The notes under the pieces were generated by a model, which searched no databases, had not been told where the DNA came from, and worked only from the letters and a program-made list of their open reading frames with translations. From assembly GCA_030018495.1 (NCBI GenBank), contig JASEFS010000011.1, forward strand, positions 22,838 to 86,837: a stretch of 64,000 nt of DNA. Direction: 5' to 3'. The stretch's first letter is position 1; the number at the start of each line of letters is the position of its first letter. Of the stretch, positions 34,097 to 45,629 are shown piece after piece. The DNA is from Deltaproteobacteria bacterium (GTDB lineage: Bacteria > Desulfobacterota > Desulfobaccia > Desulfobaccales > 0-14-0-80-60-11). Position numbers and translations under genes: made by a program.

Positions 34097-37000
34097 TTAT
34101 TCCTTGGTCTTGTCAGTGTCCTGTTTCAGGAGATCAACGTTCAGCGCCAGGCTCTTGAGCTCCCGGACCAGGACATTAAACGACTCCGGCAGACCCGCCT
34201 CCAAATCGTATTCGCCTTTGAAAACCTTCTCATACATGCGGGTGCGGCCGGCTACATCATCGGATTTCACCGTGAGAAATTCTTGCAGAGTGTAAGCCGC
34301 GCCATAGGCCTCCAGGGCCCAGACCTCCATTTCGCCCAAACGCTGGCCGCCGAATTGGGCCTTGCCCCCCAGGGGCTGCTGGGTGACCAGCGAATAAGGC
34401 CCGATGGAGCGGGCATGGATTTTGTCGGCCACCAAATGGTGCAGCTTCATCATATACATGATGCCCACCGTCACCAGCCGGTCGAAGGCCTCGCCGGTGC
34501 GGCCGTCAAACAAGACCGCCTGGCCGCCGATGGGCAGCCCCGCCTCTTCCAAACACGCCTGCACTTCTTCTTCCTGCGAACCGTCAAATACCGGGGAGGC
34601 CATATGGATGCCTTCCTTGTAGTGGGCCTGCCAAATCTCCCGCAGTTCTTCGTGGTTCATGTTTTCCAGTTCCCGAGCCAGGGCCGGGTCATTGTAAATG
34701 CGGTTGAGACGGGCTTTGATGGCGTCCAGAGAGTAGAAGCGGTCGAGCATTTCCCCGATCTGCCGGCCCAAGGCGTAGGAGGCCCAACCCAAATGGGTTT
34801 CCATGACCTGCCCCACGTTCATCCGGGAGGGCACGCCCAAAGGGTTGAGCACGATGTCCACGGGGGTGCCGTCCTCAAAATAGGGCATATCTTCCGCGGG
34901 CATGATACGGGAGACCACGCCTTTGTTGCCGTGGCGGCCGGCCATTTTGTCACCCACTGCCAGCTTGCGCTTCATGGCCACGAAGATCTTGACCTTCTTG
35001 ATGACGCCCGGCGGCAGCTCGTCCACTTTCCGAAGACGGCTGAGTTTGGACTCAAAGACCATGGTCACCAGATGCAGCTGCTCCTGGTAGCGGTCCAGAA
35101 TCTCGTCGATCTGGTCCTCCAGGCCGGCTTCCTCAAAATTGACGTGACGCCAAAACTCCAAAGGTTTTTTGTTTACCAGTTCGACGGGAACCACCGCACC
35201 GCGCTCAAGGATGACCGTGCCCTTGCGCTCATCTTCGATGTTTTCCGCCAGTTTTTTGCCGGCCAGCAGGTCGGCCAAACGCTGGCGATAACTTTGAGTG
35301 ATAATGGCGATTTCGTCGGCCTGGTCTTTTTGCAGTTTGGCCACCGCTTCATCTTCAATGGAGCGGCTGCGTTCGTCCTTTTCCACGCCCTTGCGGGAAA
35401 AGACCCGGGCGTCGATGACCACACCTTCGATGCCGGGGGGCACCCTAAGCGAAGTGTCCTTCACGTCGCCGGCCTTCTCTCCGAAAATGGCGCGCAAAAG
35501 TTTCTCTTCCGGCGTGAGCTGGGTTTCGCCTTTGGGGGTGATTTTCCCCACCAGGATATCGCCGGGGCGCACCTCCGCACCGATCCTGATGATGCCGCTC
35601 TCGTCCAGATTGCGCAGGGCTTCCTCGCCCACGTTGGGAATGTCCCGGGTGATTTCCTCTTTGCCGAGTTTGGTGTCCCGGGCCATTACCTCAAATTCTT
35701 CAATATGAATGCTGGTGAAGACGTCGTCTTTCACCAGGCGCTCGGACACCAGGATGGAGTCCTCAAAGTTGTAGCCGCCCCAGGGCATGAAGGCCACCAT
35801 GATGTTTTTGCCCAGGGCCAGCTCGCCCATTTCCGTAGCCGGTCCGTCCGCGATGATCTGGCCTTCCTCGACAATATCCCCGCGCCGCACGATAGGCCGC
35901 TGGTTATAGCAGGTGTTCTGGTTGGTGCGCTGGAACTTGATCAATTTGTAGATATCTACGGGCGAATCGCTGCCGCCGTTGCTGCCGTCCTGGGCCCGAA
36001 TGACGATGCGGGTGGCGTCCACGTCTTCCACCACCCCGCTGCGCCGCGCCACCACGGTGACCCCTGAATCCCGGGCCACCACGCCCTCCATGCCGGTGCC
36101 GATGATAGGGGTGCTGCTGGTGAGCAAAGGCACCGCCTGGCGCTGCATGTTGGAGCCCATCAGCGCCCGGTTGGCGTCATCGTGTTCCAGAAACGGAATC
36201 AGGGATGCGGCCACGCTCACCAACTGGCTGGGAGAGACGTCCATATAATCGATCTTGTCAGGGCTCAACATGACGTATTGGCCGCCCACCCGGGCTTCCA
36301 CCAGGTCGTCCAAAAAGCGGCCTTCCTCGTCCAGCGCGGCATTGGCCTGAGCGATAACCTTGTCTTCTTCCTCCAGGGCCGAGAGGAACCTCACTTCCCT
36401 GGTGACCCGGGTCTCCTCCTTGTTCCCCACTTTGCGCCGCTCCACCACCCGGTACGGGGTTTCGATAAAACCGAACTCATTGACCCGGGCATAGGTGGAC
36501 AGCGACACGATCAAGCCGATGTTGGGACCTTCCGGAGTCTCAATGGGGCAGATGCGGCCGTAATGGGTGGGATGCACGTCCCTGACTTCAAAACCCGCCC
36601 GTTCCCTGGTCAAGCCGCCGGGACCCAGCGCCGACAGCCGCCGTTTGTGGGTGATCTCGGAAAGGGGGTTGGTCTGGTCCATGAACTGGCTGAGCTGGCT
36701 GGTGCCGAAAAATTCCTTGATCACCGCCTGCACGGGCTTGGCGTTGATGAGATCGTGAGGCATGAGCGTGTCCAGATCCTGGATGGCCATGCGCTCTTTG
36801 ATAGCCCGCTCCATGCGCACCAGCCCGACCCGGAACTGGTTTTCCAGCAACTCGCCCACCGCCCGGACCCGGCGGTTGCCCAGGTGGTCGATATCGTCCA
36901 CCGGCCCCTCCCGGTCTTTCTGGATGATGAGCTCTTTCACCGCCATGAGGATATCGTCTTTTTCCAGAATGGTGAAAGTCAGACGCTGCTGCATTTCCTC

Positions 37001-38287
37001 CGGGGTCATTTGCCTGACCATATCCGGTCTGAGCTTCAGGTCCAGCTTCAGGCGGCCCACCGGCGAGAGGTCATAGAACTCCGGATTGAAAAAGAGATTG
37101 TTGAAGAAGTTGGTAGCCACCTCTTCATTAGGACGGTTGCTGGGCCGCAGGCGCCGGTAAATCTCCAGGATGGCTTCCTTCATCCCCGCGGTTTTGTCCA
37201 CCAAGAGGGTATTCCGCAAACACGGGCTCACCGTTATGTTGTCGATGTACAGCAGGTCAACTTCCTTGATGCCGCGCTGCACCATCAATTCCAGCTTGTC
37301 CTCGGTGAGCTCCTCATTGCAGTGGATCAACGCCTCGCCGCTTTCCGGGTCTAAAATGTCGTGGGCCACCACTTTGCCCACCAAGTCCATGGGGGTGCTT
37401 TCCAGGTATTCCACCCCCGCCTTTTGCAGCTTTTTGATGACCGCCGGGGTGATGCGCCGCATGCGTTTGACAATGATCTCCCCGGTTTTGGGATCCGGTA
37501 TGTCCCGCGGGGCGTTTTTATCCACCAGGAGTTCGGGAATCAGCTTGCGCTGGACTTTATCGCCTTGCAGATAAACCTTTTCGGTGGTGTAAAAGTAGTT
37601 CAGCAGTTCTTCGGTGGTGTAACCCAGGGCCTTCAGCAAAATGGTGGCGGGGAATTTCCGCCGCCGGTCGATGCGCACGTAGAGGATGTCTTTGGTGTCG
37701 AATTCGAAGTCGATCCAGGAGCCCCGCAAAGGAATGAGCCTGGCCGAATAGATGATCTTGCCGCTGGAATGGATCTTGGCCCGGTCATGGTCGATGAACA
37801 GGCCCGGCGAGCGATGCAACTGGCTGACCACCACCCGCTCCGTGCCGTTGACGATGAACGTGCCGTGCTCGGTCATCAGAGGAATGGTGCCGAAGTAAAT
37901 TTCCTGCTCTTTAATGTCCCGGATGACCTGGGCCTGGGTCTCGGTACCTACATCATAGACCACCAGCCGCACCCGGATTTTCATGGGCACTTCATAGGTC
38001 ATGCCCCGCTGGAGACACTCGTCCAGATCGTATTTGGGGTCTCCCAGGGTGTAATCCACAAACTCCAGGGAGCACGCGCCGCTGAAGTCGCGGATGGGGA
38101 AGACGCTTTTAAAGACCCCCTGCAGCCCGAAATTCTGGCGCTCGTGTGGGGGCGCGTCCTTCTGCAAGAAACGGGTGTAGGACTCTCTTTGCATCTCGAT
38201 GAGATTGGAGATGTCGACTACCCGTTCGATCTTGCCGAAACTTTTGCGATACAGCCGTAAAGGCGATAATGCTTTGGCCATGAGCAC
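34097..38287 (-). CDS. rpoB: DNA-directed RNA polymerase subunit beta
   Basis: 1396 aa, with the rifampicin-region-like [29 protein letters not shown]. Confidence 0.98.
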   Translation of the reverse strand: MLMAKALSPLRLYRKSFGKIERVVDISNLIEMQRESYTRFLQKDAPPHERQNFGLQGVFKSVFPIRDFSGACSLEFVDYTLGDPKYDLDECLQRGMTYEVPMKIRVRLVVYDVGTETQAQVIRDIKEQEIYFGTIPLMTEHGTFIVNGTERVVVSQLHRSPGLFIDHDRAKIHSSGKIIYSARLIPLRGSWIDFEFDTKDILYVRIDRRRKFPATILLKALGYTTEELLNYFYTTEKVYLQGDKVQRKLIPELLVDKNAPRDIPDPKTGEIIVKRMRRITPAVIKKLQKAGVEYLESTPMDLVGKVVAHDILDPESGEALIHCNEELTEDKLELMVQRGIKEVDLLYIDNITVSPCLRNTLLVDKTAGMKEAILEIYRRLRPSNRPNEEVATNFFNNLFFNPEFYDLSPVGRLKLDLKLRPDMVRQMTPEEMQQRLTFTILEKDDILMAVKELIIQKDREGPVDDIDHLGNRRVRAVGELLENQFRVGLVRMERAIKERMAIQDLDTLMPHDLINAKPVQAVIKEFFGTSQLSQFMDQTNPLSEITHKRRLSALGPGGLTRERAGFEVRDVHPTHYGRICPIETPEGPNIGLIVSLSTYARVNEFGFIETPYRVVERRKVGNKEETRVTREVRFLSALEEEDKVIAQANAALDEEGRFLDDLVEARVGGQYVMLSPDKIDYMDVSPSQLVSVAASLIPFLEHDDANRALMGSNMQRQAVPLLTSSTPIIGTGMEGVVARDSGVTVVARRSGVVEDVDATRIVIRAQDGSNGGSDSPVDIYKLIKFQRTNQNTCYNQRPIVRRGDIVEEGQIIADGPATEMGELALGKNIMVAFMPWGGYNFEDSILVSERLVKDDVFTSIHIEEFEVMARDTKLGKEEITRDIPNVGEEALRNLDESGIIRIGAEVRPGDILVGKITPKGETQLTPEEKLLRAIFGEKAGDVKDTSLRVPPGIEGVVIDARVFSRKGVEKDERSRSIEDEAVAKLQKDQADEIAIITQSYRQRLADLLAGKKLAENIEDERKGTVILERGAVVPVELVNKKPLEFWRHVNFEEAGLEDQIDEILDRYQEQLHLVTMVFESKLSRLRKVDELPPGVIKKVKIFVAMKRKLAVGDKMAGRHGNKGVVSRIMPAEDMPYFEDGTPVDIVLNPLGVPSRMNVGQVMETHLGWASYALGRQIGEMLDRFYSLDAIKARLNRIYNDPALARELENMNHEELREIWQAHYKEGIHMASPVFDGSQEEEVQACLEEAGLPIGGQAVLFDGRTGEAFDRLVTVGIMYMMKLHHLVADKIHARSIGPYSLVTQQPLGGKAQFGGQRLGEMEVWALEAYGAAYTLQEFLTVKSDDVAGRTRMYEKVFKGEYDLEAGLPESFNVLVRELKSLALNVDLLKQDTDKTKE

Positions 38288-38332
38288 TCCTTAAAAGAAT
38301 GGCCTTTGGTTATTCTTCGAAACGAAACCCTT

Positions 38333-38716
38333 TTATTTGATCTCTACGGTCGCGCCTTGTTCCTCCAGCTTCTTCTTGATTTCCTCGGCTTCCGCCTTGG
38401 AGACGGCTTCCTTTAAGGTGGTAGGCACGTTTTCCACCGCTTCTTTGGCCTCTTTAAGGCCAAGATTGGTGATGGCCCGGACCTCTTTGATCACCTGGAT
38501 CTTATTGGGGCCGCAGACCGTCAACACCACGTCAAACTCCGTTTTCTCCTCTTCCACGGGCGCGGCTTCCGCCGCCGGCGCCGCCGCGGCAGCCATGGCT
38601 ACGGGCGCGGCTGCTGATACGCCGAACTTATCCTCCAGCTCTTTGATAAGCTGGGACAGTTCCAACACCGTCATGTTGGATAAGGCGTCAATGATTTCGG
38701 CACGAGTGATAGCCAT
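38333..38716 (-). CDS. rplL: 50S ribosomal protein L7/L12
   Basis: [12 protein letters not shown]...KEAKEAVE. The ATG at 38716 is preceded by AAAGGAGGA. Confidence 0.95.
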   Translation of the reverse strand: MAITRAEIIDALSNMTVLELSQLIKELEDKFGVSAAAPVAMAAAAAPAAEAAPVEEEKTEFDVVLTVCGPNKIQVIKEVRAITNLGLKEAKEAVENVPTTLKEAVSKAEAEEIKKKLEEQGATVEIK

Positions 38717-38735
38717 CGTTTCCTCCTTTATCTTC

Positions 38736-38794
38736 AAAGCTTGCAGCTTTAGGCTTTATCTTTTATGGCCGTAAAGGCTTAAGTAACCGTAAGG
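38736..38794. repeat. Degenerate AAGCTT-type heptamer array in the rplL-rplJ spacer
   Basis: caaagcttgcagctttaggctttatc...gtaaaggcttaagtaaccgtaagg. It ends at the base before the rplJ stop. It is weaker than the other arrays. Confidence 0.5.
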
Positions 38795-39361
38795 TCAGGA
38801 TTCCGCTTCCCCGGCTGCGGGGGCTTCGCCTCCGCCCTTCTGGTCCTTGAGGGCCACCAGGACGTTCAGCAGGCCGCGTATCACCCCCGCGAGAACCGTC
38901 ACCAGCCCCGTGGGGACGGCCTGCATGGCTCCCAAAAATTGGGCCAGGAGCACTTCTTTGGACGGCAGCTTGGACAAAGCTTCAATATCCTTGGGGCTCA
39001 AAACCTGCTTGCCCAGCACGCCGCTCTTGATCTTAAACAAGGGTTTATCCTGAGCAAACTTAACCAAAAGCTTGGCCAGGGCCACCGGGTCGGCATAGCC
39101 GAACGCCACGGCATTGGGACCCACGAACTGGTCGGTCAGCGGGGCCAGCAGCGAATCATCGGTCGCGGAGCGCATCAGCAGGGTGTTTTTGGCCACCTTT
39201 AACTCGCCTTCGGCCTCTTTGAGCTGCCGCCGCAACTGGGCCAGGGTTTCCACTTGCAAGCCGGTGAAATCCGTCAAAACCCCGATCTGGGCTCGGGCCG
39301 CTTTGTCCTTTAAATCTTCAATAACATCCGCTTTGAGTTTTCGGCTTTCTTTCCTGCCCAC
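38795..39361 (-). CDS. rplJ: 50S ribosomal protein L10
   Basis: KADVIEDLKDKAARAQIGVLTDFTGLQV. GGAGG sits directly against the TTG at 39367 and 6 nt from the GTG at 39361, so the GTG is preferred. Confidence 0.92.
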   Translation of the reverse strand: MGRKESRKLKADVIEDLKDKAARAQIGVLTDFTGLQVETLAQLRRQLKEAEGELKVAKNTLLMRSATDDSLLAPLTDQFVGPNAVAFGYADPVALAKLLVKFAQDKPLFKIKSGVLGKQVLSPKDIEALSKLPSKEVLLAQFLGAMQAVPTGLVTVLAGVIRGLLNVLVALKDQKGGGEAPAAGEAES

Positions 39362-39373
39362 TGGCAACCTCCT

Positions 39374-40087
39374 CTATGACAAGAGCCGCACCAGGTTTTT
39401 GACGTCTGCGGCATCCACCGGAATTCCCGGCCCCATCGTGGTGGAGAGATAAATGCTCTTGAGATAAGTGCCCTTGCTGGTGGCCGGTTTTAGGCGCAGC
39501 AGAGTGTCCATGAAGGCCGCCAGATTGACCAGCAGCTTATCGGGGCCGAAGGACACCTTGCCTAAAGGGACATGCACCACCCCTCCCCGGTCTACCCGGA
39601 ATTCGACCTTGCCGCCCTTGAGCTCGCTGACGGCCTTGGCCACGTCAAAGGTGACGGTGCCTACCTTGGCATTGGGCATCAGGCCCCGAGGGCCCAGGAT
39701 TTTGCCGATGCGGCCCACCTGCCCCATGAGGTCAGGGGTGGCGACCGCCTTGTCGAAATCAAGCCAGCCGCCCTGAATTTTGGCGATAAGGTCGTCAGAC
39801 CCCGTGTAGTCGGCGCCGGCTTCCTGGGCTTCCTTCTCTTTCTCGCCCTTGGCGAAGACCAGCACCCGGACCGTTTTGCCCAAGCCGTTGGGCAGGACCA
39901 CGGCGCCGCGCACCATCTGGTCCGCGTGCCGGGGGTTGACCCCCAGAGATACGGACGCCTCCAGGGTCTCGTCAAATTTGGTGCTGGCTGTTTCCAGGGC
40001 CAGCGCCACTGCTTCGGAAAAAGGGTAGCGGCGGTCCCGCTCCACCTTTTTTGCTGCTTGTTGATAACGTTTGCCTCTGCGGGCCAT
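39374..40087 (-). CDS. rplA: 50S ribosomal protein L1
   Basis: [15 protein letters not shown]...[12 protein letters not shown]. Confidence 0.97.
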   Translation of the reverse strand: MARRGKRYQQAAKKVERDRRYPFSEAVALALETASTKFDETLEASVSLGVNPRHADQMVRGAVVLPNGLGKTVRVLVFAKGEKEKEAQEAGADYTGSDDLIAKIQGGWLDFDKAVATPDLMGQVGRIGKILGPRGLMPNAKVGTVTFDVAKAVSELKGGKVEFRVDRGGVVHVPLGKVSFGPDKLLVNLAAFMDTLLRLKPATSKGTYLKSIYLSTTMGPGIPVDAADVKNLVRLLS

Positions 40088-40099
40088 GGATGGTCTCCT

Positions 40100-40528
40100 T
40101 TACCCTTCCACGATCTCGATGCCCATGCTCCGGGCGGTGCCGGCGATGCTGTGCATGGCCATCTCCAGGTCCGTGGTGTTGAGGTCCGGCATTTTTTGCC
40201 TGGCAATGTCAGCTAATTGGGCCTTGGTAATCTGGCCCGCCTTCTCCCGGCCGCTCTGACCGGAACCCTTGGGCACCTGGGCCGCCTGCTTGATGAGAAC
40301 CGAAGCCGGCGGGGTCTTGGTGACGAATGTAAAAGAACGGTCCGCGTACACCGTGATGAGCACCGGAATAATGGTGCCTTCCTGACCGGCGGTCCTGGCG
40401 TTGTAGCTCTTGCAGAACTCCATAATATTGACCCCGTGCTGCCCCAGGGCCGGACCGATGGGCGGCGACGGATTGGCCTGCCCCGCAGGGATCTGCAGTT
40501 TTATTTGGGCGATAACCTTTTTGGCCAT
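40100..40528 (-). CDS. rplK: 50S ribosomal protein L11
   Basis: [32 protein letters not shown]. Confidence 0.97.
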   Translation of the reverse strand: MAKKVIAQIKLQIPAGQANPSPPIGPALGQHGVNIMEFCKSYNARTAGQEGTIIPVLITVYADRSFTFVTKTPPASVLIKQAAQVPKGSGQSGREKAGQITKAQLADIARQKMPDLNTTDLEMAMHSIAGTARSMGIEIVEG

Positions 40529-40538
40529 TTATTCTTGC

Positions 40539-40597
40539 TCCTTGGCGCCTTTGCACCTTGGCGAGAAAAATCTCACGCCAAGGCACTAAGACGCAAA
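40539..40597. repeat. Octamer-repeat hairpin in the nusG-rplK spacer
   Basis: ccttggcg cctttgca ccttggcg ... cgccaagg cactaaga cgcaaag. The inner 8-bp stem ccttggcg/cgccaagg is perfect. Confidence 0.7.
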
Positions 40598-40598
40598 G

Positions 40599-41150
40599 TT
40601 ATATCTTCTCCAACTGCGTAAACTCCAACTCCACCGGGGTGGGCCTGCCGAAAACGCTGATCATCACCCTGACCCGGCCCCGGTCAGCCCGCACTTCGTC
40701 CACCGTGCCGGTGAAATTGGTGAACGGGCCGTCAGTCACCTGCACCTTGTCGCCGGGCTCAAACTTGATCTTGGGCTTGGGCTTGGCAGCCCCTTCCCGG
40801 ATTTGCTCCAGAATCTTTTCCGCCTCTTCATCCGGAATCGCGGTAGGCTCCGTCTTGCTGCCCACAAACCCGGTGACCTTGGGGGTCTCTTTCACCACGT
40901 GCCAGGTCAGATCGGTCAGTTCCATGCGCACCAGGACATAGCCAGGATAAAATTTTCGATGGGACAGGCGGCGCTCGCCCTTGATCATCTCCTCCACCAC
41001 CTCGGTGGGCACCAAGACCTCTGAGATCTTGTCCTCCACCCCATGTGACCTGGCGCGCTCCAGAATGGCATTCTTGACCTTCTGCTCAAAGCCGGAATAG
41101 GTGTGGATGATGTACCACTTCTGCGACACGGGCGGCATCCTCTTCGTCAA
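40599..41150 (-). CDS. nusG: Transcription termination/antitermination factor NusG
   Basis: KWYIIHTYSGFEQKVK, and the KOW region GDKVQVTDGPFTNFTGTV. Confidence 0.96.
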   Translation of the reverse strand: MTKRMPPVSQKWYIIHTYSGFEQKVKNAILERARSHGVEDKISEVLVPTEVVEEMIKGERRLSHRKFYPGYVLVRMELTDLTWHVVKETPKVTGFVGSKTEPTAIPDEEAEKILEQIREGAAKPKPKIKFEPGDKVQVTDGPFTNFTGTVDEVRADRGRVRVMISVFGRPTPVELEFTQLEKI

Positions 41151-41467
41151 TGCATGACGTAACTAACCAGGCGGGAGAGGCCGAAGTCCACCAAACCCAG
41201 AAATATGGAAATCACCGCCACCAGAAACAGGACCACTCCGGTGGTTCCCAAGGTCTCCCGGCGAGTGGGAAAGGTGACTTTCTTCAGCTCCTGCCAGGCT
41301 TCCACCACAAATTGGCGCGCCGTGCCAAGCCATTGGCCAGGTGAAGGCAGCTTCGCCCGCCACGAGGTCTTGGGTTTGGCCGGTCTGAGTTTCACCACCT
41401 GGCCGCGCCCCGTGCCGGCGTTGACCTCTTTCGGCGTTCCTTTGGGCTTGATTTTCTGTTTTTTCAT
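41147..41467 (-). CDS. secE: Preprotein translocase subunit SecE (long basic N-terminus)
   Basis: A C-terminal TM segment follows VEAWQELKKVTFPTRRET. Its position between tRNA-Trp and nusG supports the call. Confidence 0.88.
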   Translation of the reverse strand: MKKQKIKPKGTPKEVNAGTGRGQVVKLRPAKPKTSWRAKLPSPGQWLGTARQFVVEAWQELKKVTFPTRRETLGTTGVVLFLVAVISIFLGLVDFGLSRLVSYVMH

Positions 41468-41677
41468 AACTAATTTCCCTTCGGGACTGCCCGGTTCAAA
41501 AAACGAACTTTAGCCCCCTCTTCTGACTTTTGTGGACCAAATGTCAGAAAGGTTGCGCCAAGCCTGCCTCATGACTCTTGAGGCGCCGCAGTCAGGGAAT
41601 CTCAAGGAGAGAATGAAAATACCCGGCAAGCAGCCCTAACCCGGAAGGCCTTCTTCTGATATCGCCATCATGGTGAT

Positions 41678-41754
41678 TGGCAGGCCAGGAGGGATTCGAA
41701 CCCCCATCCCCCGGTTTTGGAGACCGGTGCTCTAGCCGTTCGAGCTACTGGCCT
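41678..41754 (-). tRNA. tRNA-Trp (CCA anticodon), with encoded CCA end
   Basis: Hand-folded cloverleaf from AGGCCAGTAGCTCGAACGG...CTCCAAA...TTCGAAT...CTGGCCTGCCA, 77 nt. Confidence 0.93.
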
Positions 41755-41766
41755 GTCGCGACTGTC

Positions 41767-41916
41767 CTATTTGCTCTCCTTGTGTTCGGTATGGGTGCGG
41801 CAGAACGGACAAAATTTCTTCAAGGTCAACCGGTCCGGTGTCCGCCGCTTGTTCTTGGTTGTCGTATAGTTCCGGCGCTTACAGGTCATGCACGCTAAGG
41901 TTATGATGTCTCTCAT
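41767..41916 (-). CDS. rpmG: 50S ribosomal protein L33 (zinc C+ form)
   Basis: My own translation is [49 protein letters not shown]. At 49 aa it is below the ORF-track cutoff. Confidence 0.93.
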   Translation of the reverse strand: MRDIITLACMTCKRRNYTTTKNKRRTPDRLTLKKFCPFCRTHTEHKESK

Positions 41917-41919
41917 GGC

Positions 41920-43113
<1,194 letters not shown>

Positions 43114-43181
43114 CTCTTGTCTCCAGAAATTGGTTTTTCCCCAACCTTTGGCTCGGGGGCGGCTGCTTTTACCTTTTTAAA

Positions 43182-43258
43182 TGGAGCCCACGACCGGGAT
43201 CGAACCGGTGAACCTCTTCCTTACCAAGGAAGTGCTCTACCTACTGAGCTACGTGGGC
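43182..43258 (-). tRNA. tRNA-Thr (GGT anticodon)
   Basis: GCCCACGTAGCTCAGTAGG...CTTGGTAAG...TTCGATC...CGTGGGCTCCA. Confidence 0.92.
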
Positions 43259-43261
43259 TCA

Positions 43262-43338
43262 TGGAGCGGGAAACGGGACTCGAACCCGCAACCCTCAGCT
43301 TGGAAGGCTGATGCTCTAGCCAATTGAGCTATTCCCGC
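43262..43338 (-). tRNA. tRNA-Gly (TCC anticodon)
   Basis: GCGGGAATAGCTCAATTGG...CTTCCAA...TTCGAGT...TTCCCGCTCCA. Confidence 0.92.
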
Positions 43339-43352
43339 AACATAAAGAAAAA

Positions 43353-43437
43353 TGGTGGAGAGGGGAGGATTCGAACCTCCGAAGGCTGAGCCAACAGATT
43401 TACAGTCTGCCCCCTTTGGCCACTCGGGAACCTCTCC
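43353..43437 (-). tRNA. tRNA-Tyr (GTA anticodon), long variable arm
   Basis: GGAGAGGTTCCCGAGTGGCC...CTGTAAA...TTCGAAT...CCTCTCCACCA, 85 nt. Confidence 0.92.
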
Positions 43438-43468
43438 AGCCGGGAAAGCTTCGTTTTTCATACACTTG

Positions 43469-43543
43469 TGGAGCTGGCGATGGGACTCGAACCCGCAACC
43501 TGCTGATTACAAATCAGCCGCTCTACCATTGAGCTACGCCAGC
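43469..43543 (-). tRNA. tRNA-Thr (TGT anticodon)
   Basis: GCTGGCGTAGCTCAATGGTA...TTTGTAA...TTCGAGT...CGCCAGCTCCA. There is one C-A mismatch in the T stem. Confidence 0.88.
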
Positions 43544-43591
43544 AAAGGTCCCCGGCTCTCAGGCCGAAGGTGACCAAATTATAACTTTATA

Positions 43592-43621
43592 AATATATTT
43601 GAGTCATGAAATGTTTGTCAA
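43592..43621 (-). promoter_or_regulatory. Candidate sigma70 promoter of the tRNA-tuf operon
   Basis: The minus strand reads TTGACA, an 18-nt spacer, then TATATT, about 50 nt upstream of tRNA-Thr(TGT). Confidence 0.4.
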
Positions 43622-43732
43622 TAGCTTTCCAGAAAAAATCTCGAGACGGTGAGGCGATGAGGAGGCGTGCGAGAAAACATCCATAACGAGATTATGATAA
43701 CCTTCTTTTAAAGGATTATCAACTCCCTTGGT

Positions 43733-43761
43733 TTGACATATCCCTGATTTGATGGCATATT
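43733..43761 (+). promoter_or_regulatory. Candidate sigma70 promoter of selA
   Basis: TTGACA, a 17-nt spacer, then CATATT. Confidence 0.35.
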
Positions 43762-43788
43762 CGTAATCGTTCTATGAAGGAGAAGGTA

Positions 43789-45213
43789 ATGGACCCGGCT
43801 CGGGCCAAATTATTGCGTCAGCTCCCGGCAGTGGATGAAGTGCTGCGCCACCCTCAGGTGCAGGCCGCGCTGAGCGGTCTCTCCCGCCCATTCGCGGCTG
43901 AGGTGGTGCGGCAGGTGATCGCCTCTGCCCGCGGCGAGATCCTGGCCGCGCCGGCCGAGGGCCTGCCCGCGGAGTTCGATGTCGCCGCGTTCCTTAAGGC
44001 CGTGGCCGCGGAACTGGAGGCCGCCCGCCGCCCTTCCCTCACCCGCGTGGTCAACGGCACCGGCATAATCATCCATACCAACCTGGGGCGCTCGCCTCTG
44101 GCCGCCGCCGCCCAGGAGGCCGTCCTGGAGGCGGCCCGCAGCTACTCCAATCTGGAATACGACCTGAAACGCGGCGCCCGGGGCTCCCGCCAGGCCCATC
44201 TGGAAGAACTGCTCACCGAACTCACCAAAGCCGAAGCCGCGCTGGTGGTCAACAACAACGCCGCGGCAGTGATGCTCGCCTTGAGCTCCCTGGCAGCCGG
44301 CAAGGAAGTCATTATCTCCCGGGGCCAGTTGGTGGAAATCGGCGGCTCTTTCCGCATGCCCGAAATAATGGCGGCCAGCGGCGCCATCCTGCGGGAGGTG
44401 GGCACCACCAACAAGACTTATCTTAAAGATTACGAGAGGGCCATAACCGGCGACACCGCCCTGCTGCTTAAGGTCCACCCCAGCAATTTCCGCATCGTGG
44501 GCTTTACCAGGGAGGTCAGCCTCACCGACCTGGTATCCCTGGGGCGGCGCTACGGCCTTTTCGTCATGGAAGACTTGGGCAGCGGCTGTTTTGTGGATTT
44601 AAGCCGCTTCGGCCTGGAAAAGGAGCCTACCGTTCAGGACGCGGTGGCCACCGGCTGCGACGTGGTGACCTTCAGCGGCGACAAGCTTTTGGGCGGCCCC
44701 CAGGCCGGCATCATTCTCGGCCGCCGGGAGGCGCTGGAGCGCCTCAGGCAGAATCCCCAATTGCGGGCGCTGCGCCCCGACAAACTCACCCTGGCCGGCC
44801 TCGAAGCCTCCCTGCGCCTTTACCTGGATGAGTCCCGGGCCTTGGCCGAACTGCCCACCCTGGCCATGGTCACGCGGCCTCTGGCTGAGGTGGAGCGCCA
44901 CGCCCGCCGCCTGGCCCGGCTCATCCACAAGACTTTCGGCGGCCGCCTCAAGGCGCAGGTCAAAGAGAGCGTGGCCCGAGTCGGAGGCGGCGCCCTGGCC
45001 CAAGAGCCCCTCCCCAGCCGGGCTCTGGCCCTGTCCCTGCCGCCGCTGGCCCCTCATCAACTGGAAGCCCGTCTGCGCCAAGCCTCCCCTCCCATCATCA
45101 CCCGGGTGGAACATGACACCCTGTTATTGGATGTCCGCACCCTGCTGCCCCACGATCAGCCGGCCCTGCTGGCGGGACTGAAGATGGTGGTGGAAAGCCT
45201 GGATTCTGAATAA
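43789..45213 (+). CDS. selA: L-seryl-tRNA(Sec) selenium transferase
   Basis: LRQLPAVDEVL, NNNAAAV and the PLP-lysine motif FSGDKLLGGPQAGII. AAGGAG precedes the ATG at 43789. The ORF track starts 15 nt earlier. Confidence 0.92.
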   Translation: MDPARAKLLRQLPAVDEVLRHPQVQAALSGLSRPFAAEVVRQVIASARGEILAAPAEGLPAEFDVAAFLKAVAAELEAARRPSLTRVVNGTGIIIHTNLGRSPLAAAAQEAVLEAARSYSNLEYDLKRGARGSRQAHLEELLTELTKAEAALVVNNNAAAVMLALSSLAAGKEVIISRGQLVEIGGSFRMPEIMAASGAILREVGTTNKTYLKDYERAITGDTALLLKVHPSNFRIVGFTREVSLTDLVSLGRRYGLFVMEDLGSGCFVDLSRFGLEKEPTVQDAVATGCDVVTFSGDKLLGGPQAGIILGRREALERLRQNPQLRALRPDKLTLAGLEASLRLYLDESRALAELPTLAMVTRPLAEVERHARRLARLIHKTFGGRLKAQVKESVARVGGGALAQEPLPSRALALSLPPLAPHQLEARLRQASPPIITRVEHDTLLLDVRTLLPHDQPALLAGLKMVVESLDSE

Positions 45214-45276
45214 TACGCCTGAGAGCCTGTTCTTCCAAGTTTTTATAAATCCCCAAAAAACGACGGCGGCTGAAAT

Positions 45277-45305
45277 GGTCAGTGGCCAGTGGTTAGTGAT
45301 TAGCG
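45277..45305. repeat. Heptamer array (CAGTGRY family)
   Basis: ggtcagtggccagtggttagtgattagcg. Confidence 0.7.
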
Positions 45306-45366
45306 TCCATTATAATGAAGAAGGACGGACGCCCGATCCTCTTGATATGAATCGTGATTCCATCGT

Positions 45367-45420
45367 GTAGGGGCGCCATTCATGGCGCCCTTAAAAAGGC
45401 GTGATAAATCACGCCGCTAC
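45367..45420 (+). repeat. 54-nt double-hairpin element, copy 1
   Basis: GTAG-[GGGCGCCAT tc ATGGCGCCC]-ttaaaaa-[GGCGTGAT aa ATCACGCC]-GCTAC. The outer GTAG/CTAC can close a three-way junction. Confidence 0.75.
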
Positions 45421-45486
45421 AAGTCTCCCTGTACCCTCCCGACCCGGACTGGCTTCTCACCTGTTCCGGCTACGCATATTCATAGT

Positions 45487-45509
45487 GGCACAAGCGTCTC
45501 GCCTGTGCC
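45487..45509. repeat. Hairpin GGCACA-N11-TGTGCC
   Basis: ggcacaagcgtctcgcctgtgcc. It resembles a REP-like hairpin and there is one copy in the window. Confidence 0.4.
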
Positions 45510-45522
45510 GGCGCCGCCTTGC

Positions 45523-45553
45523 CTGTGATCAGTAATCAGTGGCCGGTGGTAGG
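45523..45553. repeat. Heptamer array (CAGTRRY family), same orientation as 45277-45305
   Basis: ctgtgatcagtaatcagtggccggtggtagg. Confidence 0.65.
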
Positions 45554-45584
45554 TTTAACAGCAGTATCGAGTTGATTTAAGAAC

Positions 45585-45629
45585 TTTTCTGTTTCACACC
45601 ACAAACAGAAAACCGAAAACAGAAAACTG
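45585..45629. repeat. GAAAACM heptamer hairpin
   Basis: ttttctgttt (45585-45594) is complementary to aaacagaaaa within cagaaaaccgaaaacagaaaactg. Confidence 0.65.

Noticed and set aside
43249-43573. ORFs 43249-43461 (-) and 43352-43573 (+) over the tRNA cluster, and 41677-41898 (+) over tRNA-Trp/rpmG.
   Set aside because: They coincide exactly with well-folded tRNA genes and with rpmG, so they are artefacts.
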